Positions 45,742 through 55,851 of a stretch of DNA of 64,000 bases are shown here, piece by piece. Location: positions 24,889-88,888 of the forward strand of contig CAYFEQ010000005.1 in the NCBI GenBank assembly GCA_964342155.1, given 5' to 3'. Positions within the stretch are counted from its first letter, which is position 1; the number at the start of each line of letters is the position of its first letter. This DNA is from an uncultured Ectothiorhodospiraceae bacterium. GTDB taxonomy: Bacteria; Pseudomonadota; Gammaproteobacteria; GCA-002705445; GCA-002716945. The notes below the pieces were generated by a model. That model saw nothing but the letters and a program-made list of their open reading frames with translations. It was not told where the DNA came from and searched no databases. The position numbers and the translations under genes were made by a program.

Positions 45742-46669
45742 TAGAAATTAACTCCAGAGCATCATCAATATTAGTATAGTTTCCAATAGAGATAGTATTC
45801 AGTTCTCTATTAATCCTCTTATTAAGGCCGGCAAGAACATTACCTGGCCCTATTTCAACAAAGTTCTTAATCCCTAAACTACTTATATTTTCAATTGTCT
45901 TTTCCCATTCTACTGGACTATGGACCTGGGATGTTAAAGACTCTATTATAGCAGTTTCATTATCTTTTGACTCGGCATCTATATTGTGCAAAACAGGATA
46001 ATTTGGGATAGAAAAACTTATATTTTTCAATAATCTACTAAGCTTATCTTTGCAATTTTTTAAAAGTGAAGTATGGGCAGCAATGCTTACCGGAATAATT
46101 TTAACTAGTTTAGCTCCAGCTTTCTTAAATTTTTCTACAGAAGCTTCAATCAGATCAAGGTGACCGGCTACAACGGTTTGTTCAAGTGAATTGAAATTCA
46201 CTGCTTCTATAATTTGTTTCTCACTAGAAAACTCCTCACATAATTCAGTTATTTTTGATCGCTCTAACCCAATAATTGCAGCCATTCCTCCTCTAATATT
46301 CTGCATTTCTTCTTGCATATATATAGCTCTCTTCTTAACAATTTCTAAACACTCAGCAAATGGGATCCAGCCATTTGCTACCAGAGCTGAATATTCACCT
46401 AGGCTATGGCCAGCTGCTACAGTAGGTGCTTCTGAGACCTTATTTTTCCAAACATTCCACATTGCGATAGATACTGCTAGCACTACTGGTTGAGTAAATT
46501 CCGTTTTATTCAACTTAGATTCATCTTGAACTACTGATTTAACATCATATGTGAGAATAGAAGAAGCTTCTTCTATAGTTTCTTTAAAAATATTGGATTC
46601 TAAATATGACGATAACATTTCCGTATTCTGCGAACCTTGGCCTGGAAAAATTATTCCGTATTTACTCAT
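45731..46669 (-). CDS. fabD: Malonyl-CoA:ACP transacylase
   Basis: It has FPGQGSQ and the active-site GHSLGEYSAL. Confidence 0.9.
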   Translation of the reverse strand: MSKYGIIFPGQGSQNTEMLSSYLESNIFKETIEEASSILTYDVKSVVQDESKLNKTEFTQPVVLAVSIAMWNVWKNKVSEAPTVAAGHSLGEYSALVANGWIPFAECLEIVKKRAIYMQEEMQNIRGGMAAIIGLERSKITELCEEFSSEKQIIEAVNFNSLEQTVVAGHLDLIEASVEKFKKAGAKLVKIIPVSIAAHTSLLKNCKDKLSRLLKNISFSIPNYPVLHNIDAESKDNETAIIESLTSQVHSPVEWEKTIENISSLGIKNFVEIGPGNVLAGLNKRINRELNTISIGNYTNIDDALELISSEK

Positions 46670-47471
46670 CTATCTTACTCATATAATCGTTAAAATGGTA
46701 TAAACCAGGTGCCTGTTTTGCAATCCAAAGCGATGTATCTAACGCTCCTTTAGCAAATATTGATCTGCTATATGCTTTGTGTGTAAGTGTTAATTCGTTT
46801 GTTCCGTCCTTGAAAATTACTTCATGCGTACCAATTTCAGAATCAATTCTGTGCGATTCAATTTTTATTGGGCACGTGCTGCTTTTTACATCACCCAATT
46901 CAATATTTTTTGCATCGCATATAATTTCTGCCATTTTAATTGCAGTTCCAGAAGGTGAATCTAGTTTATTTTTATGATGAGTTTCTGAAATAGATATTTC
47001 ATAGTTGTTTAATTTTTTTGTTAATGTGGATAACATATGAAAACAAATATTCACCCCATAACTCATATTTGGGGCAAGCAAAATAGGTATAGAGTCAGAT
47101 GCCAGCAATATTTTCTTCATTTGCTCTTTTGTAAAGCCTGTTGTCCCTATAGTTATTGGTTTTTTCAATTGCGTACATATTTTTATTAATTCCAAAGAAG
47201 AAGCTGGTAATGAAAAATCTATCACAACATCAAATAAATCTTTGCACTCATTCAAATCAGATGTAAGTATCGCCCCTCCAGATTTTTTGTGCCATTTGTC
47301 AGGATCAGATTTTAATTCATTTATTTTATCAGATATATCGCAACCAACTCTCACATCATATTTTGTTGAGTTTTTAGATTCATTGAAAATAGATTGTCCC
47401 ATTTTACCCAGAAAACCATTTATTGCTATTTTGTTAGAAAGATTTATTGTTGATCCCATAATTTTATTCAA
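46662..47471 (-). CDS. dapB: 4-hydroxy-tetrahydrodipicolinate reductase
   Basis: It has the N-terminal Rossmann motif [14 protein letters not shown] and the Dap[16 protein letters not shown] motif ([15 protein letters not shown]). Confidence 0.8.
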   Translation of the reverse strand: MNKIMGSTINLSNKIAINGFLGKMGQSIFNESKNSTKYDVRVGCDISDKINELKSDPDKWHKKSGGAILTSDLNECKDLFDVVIDFSLPASSLELIKICTQLKKPITIGTTGFTKEQMKKILLASDSIPILLAPNMSYGVNICFHMLSTLTKKLNNYEISISETHHKNKLDSPSGTAIKMAEIICDAKNIELGDVKSSTCPIKIESHRIDSEIGTHEVIFKDGTNELTLTHKAYSRSIFAKGALDTSLWIAKQAPGLYHFNDYMSKIDE

Positions 47472-48576
47472 AAAAGTTTTTTATACTATCGACCCAACTC
47501 TTTTCTTGTGGTCTATGCGAAGATTTATTTTTTCCTATAGAAGCTTCAAACTGATTAAGAAGATCTTTTTGTTCTTTATTCAAATTCACAGGAGTTTCTA
47601 TTGTTACCCTACAAATTAAATCACCAGTCATCGATGATCTAACTGATTTCACGCCTTTACTTGTAATTCTAAATGCCTTCCCTGATTGTGTTCCACCTGG
47701 AATCTTTAATTTAACTTTTCCATTTAAAGTTGGCACAATAATTTCATCTCCTAAAGCGGCGGCTGTAAATGTAATTGGAATATTGCAATGTAAATTATCG
47801 CCTTCACGATGAAAAATTTTATGTTGTTTGACCCTAACAGTTACATAGAGGTCTCCAGGAGCAGCGCCTTGTTGACCAGCTTCACCTTCTCCTCCCAGTC
47901 TGATTTGATCGCCGTTATCAACTCCTTCAGGTATGTTTACAGATAATGTTTTTGTTTTTTTTATATGACCAGTACTTGAACATACTTTGCAAGGAGTGGT
48001 AATCATCTTTCCTCTACCTTGGCATTTAGGGCAAGTCTGTTGAAGCGAGAAAAAACCTTGGCTTATTCTTATCTGTCCAGATCCACGACATTCACTACAA
48101 GTGTCAAGAGATGTTCCTTTTTCAGCACCTGTACCTTTGCACTCACTGCATGATACAAGTGTTGGAATCTTCATTTTTGCTTCTTTGCCATTTATTGCTT
48201 CTTCTAGCGTTAGATCAATTACATATTCTAAATCTGTGCCTCTCTGAGTTCTTTGTCTACCTGTTCCTCCAAAAATATCTCCAAAGACATCGCCAAAGAT
48301 GTCATTGAAAGCACCAGCACCAGAAAAGCCACCTGCTTGACCAAATCTAGAATTTACCCCTTCATGACCAAACTGATCGTATGTATTGCGTTTATCAGCG
48401 TTACTAAGGACTTCATAGGCTTCAGATAATTCTTTAAATTTTGATTCAGCTTTTTTATCCCCTGGATTTCTATCCGGATGATATTTCATAGCTAATTTTT
48501 TGTATGCTTTTTTAATAGCATCACCAGAGGCATTTCTTGCTACGCCAAGAATTGAATAATAATCACGTTTTGACAT
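47464..48576 (-). CDS. dnaJ: Chaperone DnaJ
   Basis: It has a J-domain ([16 protein letters not shown]), a G/F-rich linker and four CxxCxGxG zinc-finger repeats. Confidence 0.95.
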   Translation of the reverse strand: MSKRDYYSILGVARNASGDAIKKAYKKLAMKYHPDRNPGDKKAESKFKELSEAYEVLSNADKRNTYDQFGHEGVNSRFGQAGGFSGAGAFNDIFGDVFGDIFGGTGRQRTQRGTDLEYVIDLTLEEAINGKEAKMKIPTLVSCSECKGTGAEKGTSLDTCSECRGSGQIRISQGFFSLQQTCPKCQGRGKMITTPCKVCSSTGHIKKTKTLSVNIPEGVDNGDQIRLGGEGEAGQQGAAPGDLYVTVRVKQHKIFHREGDNLHCNIPITFTAAALGDEIIVPTLNGKVKLKIPGGTQSGKAFRITSKGVKSVRSSMTGDLICRVTIETPVNLNKEQKDLLNQFEASIGKNKSSHRPQEKSWVDSIKNFFE

Positions 48577-48585
48577 TTTTATTTA

Positions 48586-50529
48586 TTATTTGCTGTCAGC
48601 TTTAGGTTCGTCTTTTTTTTCTTCGTCTACTTCTTTAAAGTCTGCATCAACAACATTGTCATCTGTTTTTTTATTTTCTTTATTAGGTTCATCAGGCCCT
48701 TTTTGAGCAGCCTGTTCTTGATACGCTTGTTGTGCAATTTTACCGGCAGCTTCAGTTAGTTTCATGGTCTTATCTTTAATCTTCTGAACATCATCAGTTT
48801 TGATTTCTTCTTTAAGATCCTTGATAGCTGACTCAACTTTTTCTATCTCATTTTTGTCAGCTTTAGCACCTAAATCTTTTATTGCTTTTTCAGAACCATG
48901 TATCATAGCTTCCGCTTGATTCTTTGTATCCACAAGCTCTCTTGCTTTTTTATCTTCTTCTGCATGTGTTTCAGCATCTTTAACCATTTTTTGTATTTCT
49001 TCTTCGGATAAACCACTGGAAGCTTTAATAATTATTGACTGCTCTTTTCCTGTTGCATTATCTTTTGCAGACACATTGAGTATCCCGTTAGCATCAATAT
49101 CAAAAGTTACCTCAATTTGAGGAGTTCCTCTTGGTGCCGGAGGTATGTCTGTTAAATCAAACCTACCGAGTGATTTATTTCCTGCACTCATTTCTCTTTC
49201 TCCCTGAAGGACATGTACTGTAACTGCAGGTTGATTATCTTCCGCAGTAGAAAATACTTGAGATTTTTTTGTAGGTATAGTTGTGTTTTTATCTATTAAG
49301 CGAGTCATCACTCCGCCCATAGTTTCTATACCTAAAGATAAAGGGGTGACATCAAGCAACAAGACATCTTTTACTTCACCACCTAAAACTCCTGCTTGTA
49401 TTGCTGCTCCCATTGCTACTGCTTCATCAGGGTTGACATCTTTTTTTGGCTCTTTGTTAAAAAAATTTTTAACAACTTCTTGAACTTTAGGCATACGAGT
49501 CTGCCCACCAACAAGTATTACTTCATTAATATCATTGATTGATAAGTCAGCATCTTTAAGGGCCGTTTTGCATGGTTCAAGAGTTTGTGCAACTAAATCT
49601 TCAACAAGTGCTTCTAACTTGGCACGTGTTAATTTCATGTTTAAGTGTTTTGGCCCTGAAGCATCAGCTGTAATATATGGTAAATTAACATCAGTCTGGC
49701 TGCTTGAAGAGAGTTCTATTTTTGCTTTTTCCGCAGCTTCTTTTAATCTCTGTACAGCTAGTTTGTCATTTTTTAAATCTATTCCTTGATCTTTCTTAAA
49801 TTCATCAGCTAAGTAATCTATGAGGCGTAAATCAAAGTCTTCTCCTCCAAGAAATGTATTTCCATTAGTTGATAAAACATCAAATTGCTGTTCCCCATCA
49901 ATCTTTGTCATCTCTATGATTGAGACATCAAAAGTTCCGCCCCCTAAATCATAAACAACCACTTTTTGTTCAGATGTATTTTTATCCAAACCATATGCAA
50001 GCGCTGCTGCAGTCGGTTCATTAATAATTCTTTTTACATTTAATCCAGCAATTCTGCCCGCATCTTTTGTAGCTTGTCTTTGAGAATCATTAAAATATGC
50101 TGGAACCGTTATTACAGCATCTTTAATTTCCTCTCCAAGAAAATCTTCAGCAGTTTTCCTCATTTTCATTAAAACCTTAGCGGATATTTCAGGTGGAGCT
50201 ACTTTTTTCCCTTTTGCTTCAACCCAAGCGTCATCATTATCTGCTTTAACGATTGAATATGGCACTAAATTGATATCTTTCTTTACTTCATCTTCGCCAA
50301 ACTTTCTCCCTATTAGCCTTTTTATAGCAAATAAGGTATTGGTTGGATTAGTCACAGCTTGTCTTTTTGCTGCTTGCCCTACCAAAACTTCATTTTCATC
50401 ATTATATGCTACATAAGAAGGCGTTGTTCTGTCTCCCTCACTATTTTCAATTACTTTAGGTTTATCTCCATCCATGACAGAGACACAAGAATTCGTTGTT
50501 CCTAGGTCAATACCTATAATTCTAGCCAT
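48586..50529 (-). CDS. dnaK: Chaperone DnaK (Hsp70)
   Basis: [18 protein letters not shown] and [11 protein letters not shown] are Hsp70 signatures. Length is 647 aa. Confidence 0.95.
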   Translation of the reverse strand: MARIIGIDLGTTNSCVSVMDGDKPKVIENSEGDRTTPSYVAYNDENEVLVGQAAKRQAVTNPTNTLFAIKRLIGRKFGEDEVKKDINLVPYSIVKADNDDAWVEAKGKKVAPPEISAKVLMKMRKTAEDFLGEEIKDAVITVPAYFNDSQRQATKDAGRIAGLNVKRIINEPTAAALAYGLDKNTSEQKVVVYDLGGGTFDVSIIEMTKIDGEQQFDVLSTNGNTFLGGEDFDLRLIDYLADEFKKDQGIDLKNDKLAVQRLKEAAEKAKIELSSSSQTDVNLPYITADASGPKHLNMKLTRAKLEALVEDLVAQTLEPCKTALKDADLSINDINEVILVGGQTRMPKVQEVVKNFFNKEPKKDVNPDEAVAMGAAIQAGVLGGEVKDVLLLDVTPLSLGIETMGGVMTRLIDKNTTIPTKKSQVFSTAEDNQPAVTVHVLQGEREMSAGNKSLGRFDLTDIPPAPRGTPQIEVTFDIDANGILNVSAKDNATGKEQSIIIKASSGLSEEEIQKMVKDAETHAEEDKKARELVDTKNQAEAMIHGSEKAIKDLGAKADKNEIEKVESAIKDLKEEIKTDDVQKIKDKTMKLTEAAGKIAQQAYQEQAAQKGPDEPNKENKKTDDNVVDADFKEVDEEKKDEPKADSK

Positions 50530-50597
50530 ATTTTATTTACTCCTATTCTGATTCTAATATAAGGATATGAACGAATTACAATATTTCAAGTGCTGCA

Positions 50598-51146
50598 TCA
50601 AGAGTTTTTGATGACGATTACAAGAGCTGGCTTTATAACTCTTTCATTAAGGATATAACCCTTCTGTATCACTTCGGTGATCAAATTATTTTCTAAGTTT
50701 TGGTCTGGTTTTGTGCTGATAGCTTGATGATAGTCAGGATTAAATTGTTCATTTAAAGGATTGATTATTTTAATATTATTACCTTCAAATAATTTTTCAA
50801 ACATAGATAAAAGGATTTTATTACCTTCTTTAATTTTATCAAGAGTTACTGCCTCGCCATCTAATTTTAGGCTTAGATCAAGGCTTTCATAGATAGGAAT
50901 CAGTTCCTGAATGATTGATTCGTTAGAAAATTTATATATATTTTCAATTTCTTTCTGAGATCTCTTTTTTATATTTTCAATTTCAGCAGTTGCTCTCAAT
51001 AATGAGTCATAAACCTCATCATGCTTCTTCTGCAGCGCAGCGAACTTTTCATTTGTAGGTTCAGAAGCTAATTTAGTGTCTGAAGCCTCTGTTTTTGGCT
51101 TATTGGCTTTATTTGATTTTATTTTTTTATCCTTACTTTTTTCCAT
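50598..51146 (-). CDS. grpE: Nucleotide exchange factor GrpE
   Basis: It has the length, coiled-coil N-half and GrpE C-terminal beta domain expected, and lies between hrcA and dnaK. Confidence 0.85.
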   Translation of the reverse strand: MEKSKDKKIKSNKANKPKTEASDTKLASEPTNEKFAALQKKHDEVYDSLLRATAEIENIKKRSQKEIENIYKFSNESIIQELIPIYESLDLSLKLDGEAVTLDKIKEGNKILLSMFEKLFEGNNIKIINPLNEQFNPDYHQAISTKPDQNLENNLITEVIQKGYILNERVIKPALVIVIKNS

Positions 51147-51149
51147 TAT

Positions 51150-52154
51150 TTATTGTTTTTTTGAGATAATTTTAGCAGTAAAATCAACAATTTCCATTAC
51201 TTTCTGATAATCCATTCTATGAGGTCCAATTACACCTAAGACCCCTATAACTTTATTTTGTTCCATATATGGAGCTGCTATCAGACTGCAATCAGTTAAT
51301 AGTTTTTCTCCTGACTCATTCCCTATAAATATTTTAATTCCATCAGTATTCATGCATTCATTCAATAGATAAGCTAGCGTTTGCTTCTTCTCAAATAATT
51401 CTATTAGTTTTTTGATCTTATTAATATTCGATAAATCATCGTTTTCAACTAGCTTGGATTGTCCATTAACTATACATCCTGATTCTTCTGGTTTTATGAA
51501 TTCTGTTAAGATTTTAAGGAGCATATTGATCTCATTTCTGATAGCCGCCATTCCTTTTTTTAATAATCCTGGTATTTCATCAATTGGTTGACCAACAAAA
51601 TTTTCGTTTAAATAATTTTTGAAAATATTTAACTTTTTTTCATCTAAATCTACAGAAATATTGAAAATTTTATTATCCACATCCTCATTATTACTTATAA
51701 GAATTGCTAAGATTTTATTAGAAGAAAGCTTATGAAATTCAATATGTTGGAATACTTTTCTGTCATATTCTATAGGAGTTATAACGGCAGCTAGATCTGT
51801 TAAATTCGACAAGGTCATAGATGTGCTTTCTAAAATATTCTTGTTTGCTTTATTTTTAAGCATAACGGCTTTTAGTTGTTGCTTTTCAGCAGCAGTTAGA
51901 GGTTTCCTTGTCATGCAGTTATCAATAAATAACCTATACCCCCGAACAGTGGGTATTCGTCCAGAAGAGTGATGCGTTGAACGTATAAGCCCTCTTTTTT
52001 CTAGGGCTGCTAATTCAGTACGTATTGTTGCTGAGCTACATTTCAATGAAGATTCTTTGAGCAAAGTTTCTGACCCAACAGGGTTCCCATTGTGTATATA
52101 AGCCTCTACTAGGTGTTTTATAATAACTTGTTCTCTTTCTGATAACATTTTCAA
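51150..52154 (-). CDS. hrcA: Heat-inducible transcription repressor HrcA
   Basis: It has an N-terminal winged-helix (LSEREQVIIKHLVEAYIHNGNPVGSE), a C-terminal HrcA domain and hrcA-grpE-dnaK-dnaJ synteny. Confidence 0.85.
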   Translation of the reverse strand: MKMLSEREQVIIKHLVEAYIHNGNPVGSETLLKESSLKCSSATIRTELAALEKRGLIRSTHHSSGRIPTVRGYRLFIDNCMTRKPLTAAEKQQLKAVMLKNKANKNILESTSMTLSNLTDLAAVITPIEYDRKVFQHIEFHKLSSNKILAILISNNEDVDNKIFNISVDLDEKKLNIFKNYLNENFVGQPIDEIPGLLKKGMAAIRNEINMLLKILTEFIKPEESGCIVNGQSKLVENDDLSNINKIKKLIELFEKKQTLAYLLNECMNTDGIKIFIGNESGEKLLTDCSLIAAPYMEQNKVIGVLGVIGPHRMDYQKVMEIVDFTAKIISKKQ

Positions 52155-52177
52155 TATTTTAAAGATTAACCTCTAAT

Positions 52178-53410
52178 ATGCAATATAATACACATATGGA
52201 TACAAGGCGACCAACATTATCTGTGAGAATTGGCAACCTGTCAGTAGGGTCAAATCATAGTATTAAAGTACAATCAATGACTAATACTGATACATCAGAT
52301 GTCGTATCTACTGTCAAACAGATCAAAGAGCTCAATAATGCTGGATCAGAACTAGTTAGGGTTACTGTAAATGATAATGCTTCGGCATCATCTATTACAA
52401 AAATAAAAGATGCCTTAGAAAAAGATAATTATGATGTGCCCTTGATCGGTGACTTCCATTACAACGCACATCTTCTCCTTGAAAAATATCCAAATATGGC
52501 TGAAAGACTTGATAAATATAGGATTAATCCCGGCAATATTGGTAGCAAAGGCAAATTTGATCAAAACTTTGAGAAAATTATAAAAATAGCAATTAAATAT
52601 GATAAGCCAATAAGAATTGGTGGTAATTGGGGGAGTATAAATAAAGCTACTCTGGATGATCTAATAAAAAAGAAAAATTCTTATAAAAACTCGGTAAGTT
52701 ACTCAAATTTAATAAAAAAAGCCTTAATTGATTCTGTTATAAATTCTGCGAATCTTGCCCAACAAATTGGCTTAGCTGAGGATAAAATCATACTTTCATG
52801 TAAAACAAGCAATGTCTTGGATCTCATAGATGTTTATACAGAAATAGCAGAGTTATGCAATTATCCTCTCCATCTAGGTTTAACTGAGGCAGGTATGGGT
52901 GTAGAAGCAGCTGTTTCATCAGCTTCTGCCCTATCTATTCTTCTTAATAAAGGTATTGGTGACACCATACGTGTTTCAGTGACACCAGAGAATAGCCAAG
53001 ATCGTATTGAAGAAGTTAAAATTTGCCAACAAATATTATCAAGCCTTCAGATAAGAAATTTTACTCCTAAAGTTATTTCATGCCCTGGTTGTGGAAGAAC
53101 AACTAATGATTTTTTCATTAAATTATCTGCATCAACAAAAGACTTTATAGATAAAAAAATGCCTTTATGGAAATCAACATACCAAGGAGTTGAAGATATG
53201 AAGGTGGCTGTTATGGGCTGTATAGTTAATGGTCCAGGAGAATCAAAACAAGCAGATGTTGGTATAAGTTTACCTGGCACAAATGAAGATCCAAATATAC
53301 CCGTCTATGTTAAGGGTAAAAAATATAAAACTCTTAATGGCAGCAATATTGAATCTGAATTTTTTAATATATTACAGGAGTTTATTGATAATAATTATAA
53401 AAAAATTTAA
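52178..53410 (+). CDS. ispG: 4-hydroxy-3-methylbut-2-enyl diphosphate synthase (GcpE)
   Basis: VRIGNLSVGSNHSIKVQSMTNTDTSDV matches IspG (v.vG.v.iGg.aPi.VQSMTnT.T.Dv). The C-terminal Fe-S cysteines are present (SCPGCGRT). Confidence 0.85.
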   Translation: MQYNTHMDTRRPTLSVRIGNLSVGSNHSIKVQSMTNTDTSDVVSTVKQIKELNNAGSELVRVTVNDNASASSITKIKDALEKDNYDVPLIGDFHYNAHLLLEKYPNMAERLDKYRINPGNIGSKGKFDQNFEKIIKIAIKYDKPIRIGGNWGSINKATLDDLIKKKNSYKNSVSYSNLIKKALIDSVINSANLAQQIGLAEDKIILSCKTSNVLDLIDVYTEIAELCNYPLHLGLTEAGMGVEAAVSSASALSILLNKGIGDTIRVSVTPENSQDRIEEVKICQQILSSLQIRNFTPKVISCPGCGRTTNDFFIKLSASTKDFIDKKMPLWKSTYQGVEDMKVAVMGCIVNGPGESKQADVGISLPGTNEDPNIPVYVKGKKYKTLNGSNIESEFFNILQEFIDNNYKKI

Positions 53411-54258
53411 CTATCTATCTTTGCAATTGGTCGGCTTGAGTCAGTTATCCATTCACTCCATGAACCAACAAATAGTTTGGTCCCCTTTAGACCCGCTATC
53501 TCCATTGCCAATATGTTGTGGCATGCGGTAATTCCAGATCCACACATAGAAATCATGGTTGATGGAGACGTATCACCCAATATTTTGCTGTATATCAACC
53601 TTAACTCTGAAGGAGATTTGAATGTTCCGCCTTTAACTAAATTGTTGCTTAGCGGTTGAGATATTGCTCCCGGTACATGTCCAGCAATTGGATCCACCTT
53701 ATCTTCAATTCCTAAATATCTTTCTTTTGAACGAGCATCTATAATTATTCTATCCATTTTATATTGAGCATCTTCTACTTCTGAAACATCAACCTGCATT
53801 TCATCATTTATGTTTGTTTCAAATTCAGATCTATTAAAAATAGTTTGTTCAGTTACCAATTTTCCGCCCTTCTTATTCCATTCATGTATCCCACCATCTA
53901 ATACGGCTACTTTATCATGCCCCATCCACTTTAAAATCCACCACATACGGCTAGCAAAAGCTCCTCCTGCATCATCATAAACGACAGCTTGTTTACTGTT
54001 TGATAATCCCCATTGAGATAATTTTTGAGCTAACAAATCGGGATCTGGAAGTGGATGTCTGCCACTTTTAAGAGTTTTTTTACTAGCAAGGTCATTATCT
54101 ATATCTACAAAGATGGAGTTTCTGATATGTCCTTCTGTGTATGATTCAATGCCATGTTTGGGATCTTTAATATCACATCTGCAATCAAAAATGATGAATT
54201 CTTCATTATCTAAATTTTTTATTAAATCTTCGATAGAAATTATTGTTTTATATGACAT
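53407..54258 (-). CDS. sseA: 3-mercaptopyruvate/thiosulfate sulfurtransferase (tandem rhodanese)
   Basis: It has two rhodanese domains, with the catalytic cysteine loop CGSGITACH in the C-terminal domain. Confidence 0.75.
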   Translation of the reverse strand: MSYKTIISIEDLIKNLDNEEFIIFDCRCDIKDPKHGIESYTEGHIRNSIFVDIDNDLASKKTLKSGRHPLPDPDLLAQKLSQWGLSNSKQAVVYDDAGGAFASRMWWILKWMGHDKVAVLDGGIHEWNKKGGKLVTEQTIFNRSEFETNINDEMQVDVSEVEDAQYKMDRIIIDARSKERYLGIEDKVDPIAGHVPGAISQPLSNNLVKGGTFKSPSELRLIYSKILGDTSPSTMISMCGSGITACHNILAMEIAGLKGTKLFVGSWSEWITDSSRPIAKIDS

Positions 54259-54434
54259 TTATTATACCTTACAAAATAGTTCTATTATCTAGGAATATCT
54301 AAGAATAACATCAATAACTAAAAATAAAAAAACTACAATTGTCCAAAACAGTATGCTTTTTAAAAATTCACTCATATTCAAAATCAAACCATCAACTCTT
54401 GATTATACAACATCTATAATTAAGCCGGTATTTT

Positions 54435-54508
54435 CGCGCACGGGAGGATTCGAACCCCCGACCCCAAGCTTAGAAGGCTCGTGCTCTATCCAACTGAGCT
54501 ACGTGCGC
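54435..54508 (-). tRNA. tRNA-Arg (anticodon UCU)
   Basis: The reverse complement folds as a cloverleaf. The acceptor stem is GCGCACG/CGTGCGC, the D-arm GCTC-AGTTGGATA-GAGC, the anticodon stem CGAGC/GCTTG with loop CTTCTAA (anticodon TCT), and the T-arm GGGGG-TTCGAAT-CCTCC. It is 74 nt and no CCA is encoded. Confidence 0.85.
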
Positions 54509-54510
54509 AA

Positions 54511-55458
54511 TTAGTCATTCTTTCTGATAGAAACTAATTTTTCTGGCTGATCTTTTTTTGGCTCCAAGCCACCTATTTTACGGAAATTTTCAACTTTATT
54601 AACTAATTTTTCTGTTCGTTTTCTACCATCGCTCACGGATGCTCTAGATTTTTCTAAAAACTCTTCAAAATCACAGAATGACTCACCTACTAAACGAGTT
54701 TGATCATAAATATCAGTGGCTAATTGTATTATCTTTTGGGTAGCTTCGCCCTGTTTCTTGTTATTCCATGTTCTTAGAATAATCTGTATGATGGCGATCA
54801 ACGTTGTTGGGCCGACAATAGCAATTTTATTCCTAAATGCTTCTTCTATTAGACTATCTTCACAAGCTAAGATATAAGCCCCTTCTATCGGCATAAACAT
54901 AACAATTAGATCTAATGCTTCTGAACCAAACAATGACCTATACTCTGTATTAGATAATGATTTGATATGTCTCTTTAGTGAAGTTATATGGTCCTTTCTA
55001 TGCCTCTCTTTGTCATTTTGATCCTCGGCTTTCAGGTATTGAGCATAATCTAAAGTAGAGACCTTCGAATCCACAACAATCTTTCTTCCTTCGGGTAGTT
55101 TAATGACATAATCTGGCCTCTCTGATCCTCTTTGTTTGTCCTCGTCAAAATCTATCCCTTCTTTCAATCCTGCATTTTCTAATATTTTTCGGAGCGTTAT
55201 TTCACCAAATTGACCAATTTTCTTTGAGCTGCCTTTAGTTAATAGGGTATACATATCATGAACTGATTCTTTAAGACTGGCTTGCTGATAGGCGTGTTGA
55301 TTCTTAAAATCATCCACAGTTAACTTTAGTTCATCTATTTTAGAAGAATAACCCTCTAGATTATTGTTTTTTATATTATTATTAATGAGATAATAGATAG
55401 CAACCACTAAACCGGCTATTACAATTACTAAGAGAATTGAAAGCGTTTCTATATTCAT
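54511..55458 (-). CDS. rmuC: DNA recombination protein RmuC
   Basis: It has an N-terminal TM/coiled-coil region and an RmuC-family C-terminal nuclease-like domain. Length is 315 aa. Confidence 0.75.
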   Translation of the reverse strand: MNIETLSILLVIVIAGLVVAIYYLINNNIKNNNLEGYSSKIDELKLTVDDFKNQHAYQQASLKESVHDMYTLLTKGSSKKIGQFGEITLRKILENAGLKEGIDFDEDKQRGSERPDYVIKLPEGRKIVVDSKVSTLDYAQYLKAEDQNDKERHRKDHITSLKRHIKSLSNTEYRSLFGSEALDLIVMFMPIEGAYILACEDSLIEEAFRNKIAIVGPTTLIAIIQIILRTWNNKKQGEATQKIIQLATDIYDQTRLVGESFCDFEEFLEKSRASVSDGRKRTEKLVNKVENFRKIGGLEPKKDQPEKLVSIRKND

Positions 55459-55502
55459 ATAACACTCAAGCTACAATAATAACATGCTTGCGATAAATTG
55501 TG

Positions 55503-55592
55503 CGGAGAAGGAGGGATTCGAACCCTCGGTAGAGTTATAAACCCTACAACACCTTAGCAGGGTGCCGCTTTCAACCACTCAGCCACTTCTCC
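55503..55592 (-). tRNA. tRNA-Ser (anticodon GCU), with a long variable arm
   Basis: The reverse complement has acceptor GGAGAAG/CTTCTCC, a D-arm with GTGGTTGAA, anticodon loop CTGCTAA (anticodon GCT), an extended variable arm and T-arm GAGGG-TTCGAAT-CCCTC. It is about 90 nt. Confidence 0.85.
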
Positions 55593-55814
55593 CTAGTGTT
55601 CTTTGCTAGTTTGATCTTGAGATTCATTAGCTGAAATTGATTTTGCTTTATTTTCATCTCTGATTTTTTCAAAAATCTCTTCTCTGTGAACCTCAACTTC
55701 CTTAGGTGCATTTATGCCAAGTCTAATTTGACTGCCTTTAACACCCAGAATTACGACTTTTGTTTTATCACCTATCATCAACGCTTCGCCAACTCTTCTT
55801 GTTAGTATAAGCAT
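55593..55814 (-). CDS. csrA: Carbon storage regulator CsrA
   Basis: [47 protein letters not shown] is near-canonical CsrA. Length is 73 aa. Confidence 0.9.
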   Translation of the reverse strand: MLILTRRVGEALMIGDKTKVVILGVKGSQIRLGINAPKEVEVHREEIFEKIRDENKAKSISANESQDQTSKEH

Positions 55815-55851
55815 GACAACCCCCTCCCTTTTTGGTGCAAAAGCTTAATTT

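Noticed and set aside
52155-52260. I looked for a CIRCE inverted repeat (TTAGCACTC-N9-GAGTGCTAA) upstream of hrcA-grpE-dnaK-dnaJ.
   Set aside because: No GCACTC/GAGTGC inverted repeat is present in the 23-bp hrcA/ispG divergent spacer or the adjacent sequence. In alphaproteobacteria CIRCE is usually confined to groESL, so its absence here is unremarkable.
54435-55592. I considered tRNA-Arg and tRNA-Ser as integration sites for a mobile element carrying the island.
   Set aside because: The tRNAs lie about 15 kb away from the island boundary, inside conserved core synteny (sseA, rmuC, csrA, lysC). No integrase, recombinase or duplicated tRNA 3'-end repeat is visible anywhere in the window.
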